Shown: piece by piece, positions 60,730 to 64,000 of the stretch | Layout: each line of letters opens with the position of its first letter | Numbering within the stretch: position 1 is the first letter of the stretch | From: Antechinus flavipes | Taxonomy: Eukaryota | Direction of reading: 5' to 3' | DNA: 64,000 nucleotides | Assembly (NCBI RefSeq): GCF_016432865.1 | Contig: NC_067402.1 | Location: 219,666,001 to 219,730,000 of the forward strand | Position numbers and translations under genes: made by a program | Notes under the pieces: model-generated | Told to the model about the DNA's origin: nothing | What the model saw: only the letters and a program-made list of their open reading frames with translations | The model's database searches: none

Positions 60730-62979
60730 TGGCTTTGGTCATTTTCCTTCCATGTACAAACGTGGGGCAAATGAGACAGGTCAGAAATCTCCCCCACTTC
60801 CCAGGAATATTTATTTATTTGGACTATTAACACCAAGACCTGAAAAAACTAAAAAACAAAGCTTCATATAACACAAGTAAAAGAAATTTCAACATCAACA
60901 TTCCTCTTTGATATTTATAGTTCTCCTTTCCACATCTCAATTTTCCCCATGATGATTCTGATATATTGCAGTTTGACATAAGAAATTAAATGGAAATTCT
61001 TTTGAAAATTTTGCGAAGTCAGAAGATGACAGAAAAAAGCTTAGAAACTCAGAAATGCATAAAATACACATATAGCATTGCATAATATCAACATATTTTA
61101 TCTTTTAAAATTTATTATCTACCAAAATAATTAAGCCTTCTCTGAAATGAAGGAAGGCCCAAAAACTTTACACAGATTTTCCAGATGGGAAGGCACCATA
61201 CCCCTCACTTTCATGATATAGAAGTGATAACTGTATGTAAACTTCAAAGCATGCATTGATTGAAGTAAACAATGAAGCATCAAGATTGATAAATATCAAG
61301 GTTATTTATATTAAAATTGTATGTAATTCTGTTCCCACTGACCCTCCACAGCTTTCTAGTCATTATAGTAAGTTTATGAGTAGTCATTATAAAGGATCAG
61401 TTGCAGGAAATGAAACTGCAAAGAGGAACCTAGAAGTCCTGTGCAAACCATTCCAAAGATCACAGAAGCAGAATTTACAAATTGTATCCTATATTAACCA
61501 AAATTCCTAACCTGTGATGTGATGAATCAGTAAAAGCCATGTAGGTGCTGTTGTCAGGGTTCCAGATAAATTCCAGATCTCTGTTGCTCTAGATCAACAG
61601 ATTTATTAGCAAATTTTATTAGCAAAAAAGGTGCTAATAACTTTGAGTTCTAACTTTGAAATTTTCCTGAAAATGTTGAGATGATTTGGGTATGTTAATG
61701 AACTAACCCCAATGTGACACACATAGGAATCGGTCTGTTTCTCACCTAAACCCTATAAAAAGTGAGACCTCATGCTCTTCTTACCCTAGTATTCTTCTAT
61801 CTTCATTCAGTCCATTACTGCTGAGTGCTACCAATTCTAACCCATGGTTATGTAAATGATATGCTCTATCTTTTCCCCCATTTTATTCTCCATTCTTCCT
61901 TCTTTCACCATCACATCTCCTGTCCCCATGCCCCTGAGTCTGCCTCTGTACCAATTTTTCATTTCTTGTCAATGCTTTTATGGACTTTTTGCCCCAATAT
62001 GCTCTGTGTTTAATTAAAGTGTGATTGCCACTCTATTTCCTGTACCAATAGTGGTCTTTTTTGACCCTGAATCAGGCATGCCTACCCTCATTTCATGATT
62101 TTATAAATTAATTGTCAATTAATTATTAATTTCTGTTTGAATATCAAGCACTTCATGGATGGCTAGTAAAGCAAAATTGTAAGTTCATGTAAGCCTCTGC
62201 CCTGTAGTCAGTAGAATGCTAACTCCAGAATCAGGAAGACCTGAATTTGAATCCTGAAAGAATCATTTAGCCTATTTGGGCTTTAGTTTTTTCATTTATA
62301 AACTTATGGGGTTAGGTTTGATGACCCTCTCAATACTAAATCTATGATCTCTTCACAGCAATTCCATTTATTTTTTTCAAATAACAAGCATTTACTTTCT
62401 TTCTTTTATCCCCATCTCCTGGCAATTTAAAAGAAATAGCCTGTTGTAACACATATAGTCAAGCAAAACAAATTCTCACATTGTCCACATTCAAAAATGA
62501 ATGTCTCACCCTGCATCTTGAATGAATGATCTGTCTGTCAGGAAGTGGCAGCATCCTTCATCACCAAACTTCTGGAATCATAGTTGGTCATTGTATTAGT
62601 TAAAGTTCTTAAGTCTTTTAAAGTTATTTATCTTTACAATGTTGTTAATGTTCTGTGTTCTTCACTGATCTTCACTCAACTTTTAATGGATAGATATGAA
62701 TAGGGCTCTTTCTTTTCTTTCTGTAACTCTCCTTACCTTTCCTTCCCTTTCTCCTCTCCTCCCTTTCCTCCTTTGGGGAGACACAAGGCAATGGGGTACT
62801 TTAGAAGGGATGCCCTTTATGTACATCATATCTGCCATACTTCCTTGTCTAAGAAGGCAGGAGATTACAGGACTTTTGTAACTAAATTCTAAGAAGAAAT
62901 ACTGCCCAAATTTTATAGATGGGAGAAAGTGAACCCCAAAGAAATTGAGTCTTGCACAAGTTTACATAAATAGAAGTGG

Positions 62980-63665
62980 CAAAGAAAACTCATTTAAGTG
63001 GAAAGGGAATAGACATTTGTTAAGTGTTAATTATGTCCTAGATACTGTGAAATAGCACAACTATTTCGTTTGATTTTTATAATATCCCTGGAAGTGATGT
63101 CATTATCTCTACTTTACAGTTGAGGAAACAAGCAGAAACAGAGGGTTAAATGACTTACCCAAGATCACATAGCTAATGACTGAAACCGGATTTGATCTAA
63201 GGTTTTCAGAATTCTAGTTTCAGGACCTAGTTTACTTTAAGTAATTTCTATTCTCTTATTTGCTTTTTAGAGTTATGTCTAGAGTTTCTAAGCCTCTTGA
63301 CTGTGTTGATTTACTGGGTCCTGATAATAGATAAATAATATCTCACATTTTAATAACATTTTAAGACGTTTTGTAATAGAAGGATCAGCATTTAAGATTT
63401 TCCTGAAGGACCAAATTGTATCATTTGATGCAGTGCATTTTTTTAAATCCACAAGATAAGAAACAGAAAATAGAAATAGAATGAACATTTTATATGTCAA
63501 AGTTTTCTTCTTCTTCTTCTTCTTCTTCTTCGTAAGGAAACTGAGGTTAAGTAATTTGTCCGGGGTCACATAGCTAATAAATATTAAGTGTCAGAGGTCA
63601 GATTTGAATTCAGGTCCTCCTGACTTCAGGGCCAGCATTCTATTCACCATGCCATGTAGCTGCCC
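62980..63665 (-). mobile_element. MAR1/MIR-type SINE (62980-63240) and WSINE-type SINE with (TTC)n tail (63505-63665)
   Basis: actttacagttgaggaaac..aaatgacttacccaagatcacatagc; gtcagatttgaattcaggtcctcctgacttcagg. Confidence 0.65.
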
Positions 63666-64000
63666 AGTAATCTTGTTCAATAGATTCATTTGCTTAGAGC
63701 ATCTAAATGACTGGCCCAGAGTCACATGGACAAATAAGTGGCTGAAGTTGCACTTGAACTAGTCCAGTCTTTGTCTCATTTTTATTAATTTTCTGTGAAT
63801 AATTTTCATTCCTGTGAATACAGGAAAGATCCTAATTTACAAGAATGAAAATTATTCCTCTCTCCACCATAGTAATTCAGCTAATGACTAAGTTAGAAAT
63901 TCAATCCAGATCTTTCTAGTGTCAAGTTCACCACCTGATCTACCATATCATCTTGACTCCCTTTTACTTTAGATTGTATACCTGACAGCCTCATAGCTTG

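Noticed and set aside
61510-62120. LTR-like stretch with cctataaaaag upstream of the OR6 gene
   Set aside because: No clear TG..CA termini or TSD found

Overview
AT-rich, repeat-dense mammalian genomic DNA from a gapped scaffold (N runs 14865-15167, 26654-26857, 56035-56280). The repeat content (WSINE1-type SINE, marsupial-type L1 3' ends, RTE-associated SINEs, Tigger1, 7SL retrocopy) points to an Australian marsupial, probably a dasyurid (inference). The window is part of an olfactory receptor cluster: three paralogous OR10P1-like genes on + (one intact, one with a single 1-bp frameshift, one pseudogene) in duplicated blocks A (18049-25794), B (29816-39503) and an older block C (~52780-57130), plus one intact family-6 OR on -. 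The standout feature is an intact, intronless C9orf78 (TLS1 homolog) retrogene on - (39669-40535) with poly(A) remnant and a possible degraded TSD. It is inserted in an old L2 between OR genes and lies under a CpG island that extends into a neighbouring SINE and L2, which suggests a long-lived, expressed retrogene. Other notable items: a 1.09-kb LTR-less retroviral RNaseH-integrase segment present only in block B, with microhomology junctions and an open 428-aa frame; a class II ERV remnant with an SU-less, triplicated gamma-type TM heptad; gene-conversion mosaicism among the ORs; an L1 3' transduction; and several templated-insertion/template-switch scars. Percent identities are by-eye estimates, and family names are from recognition, not database searches.
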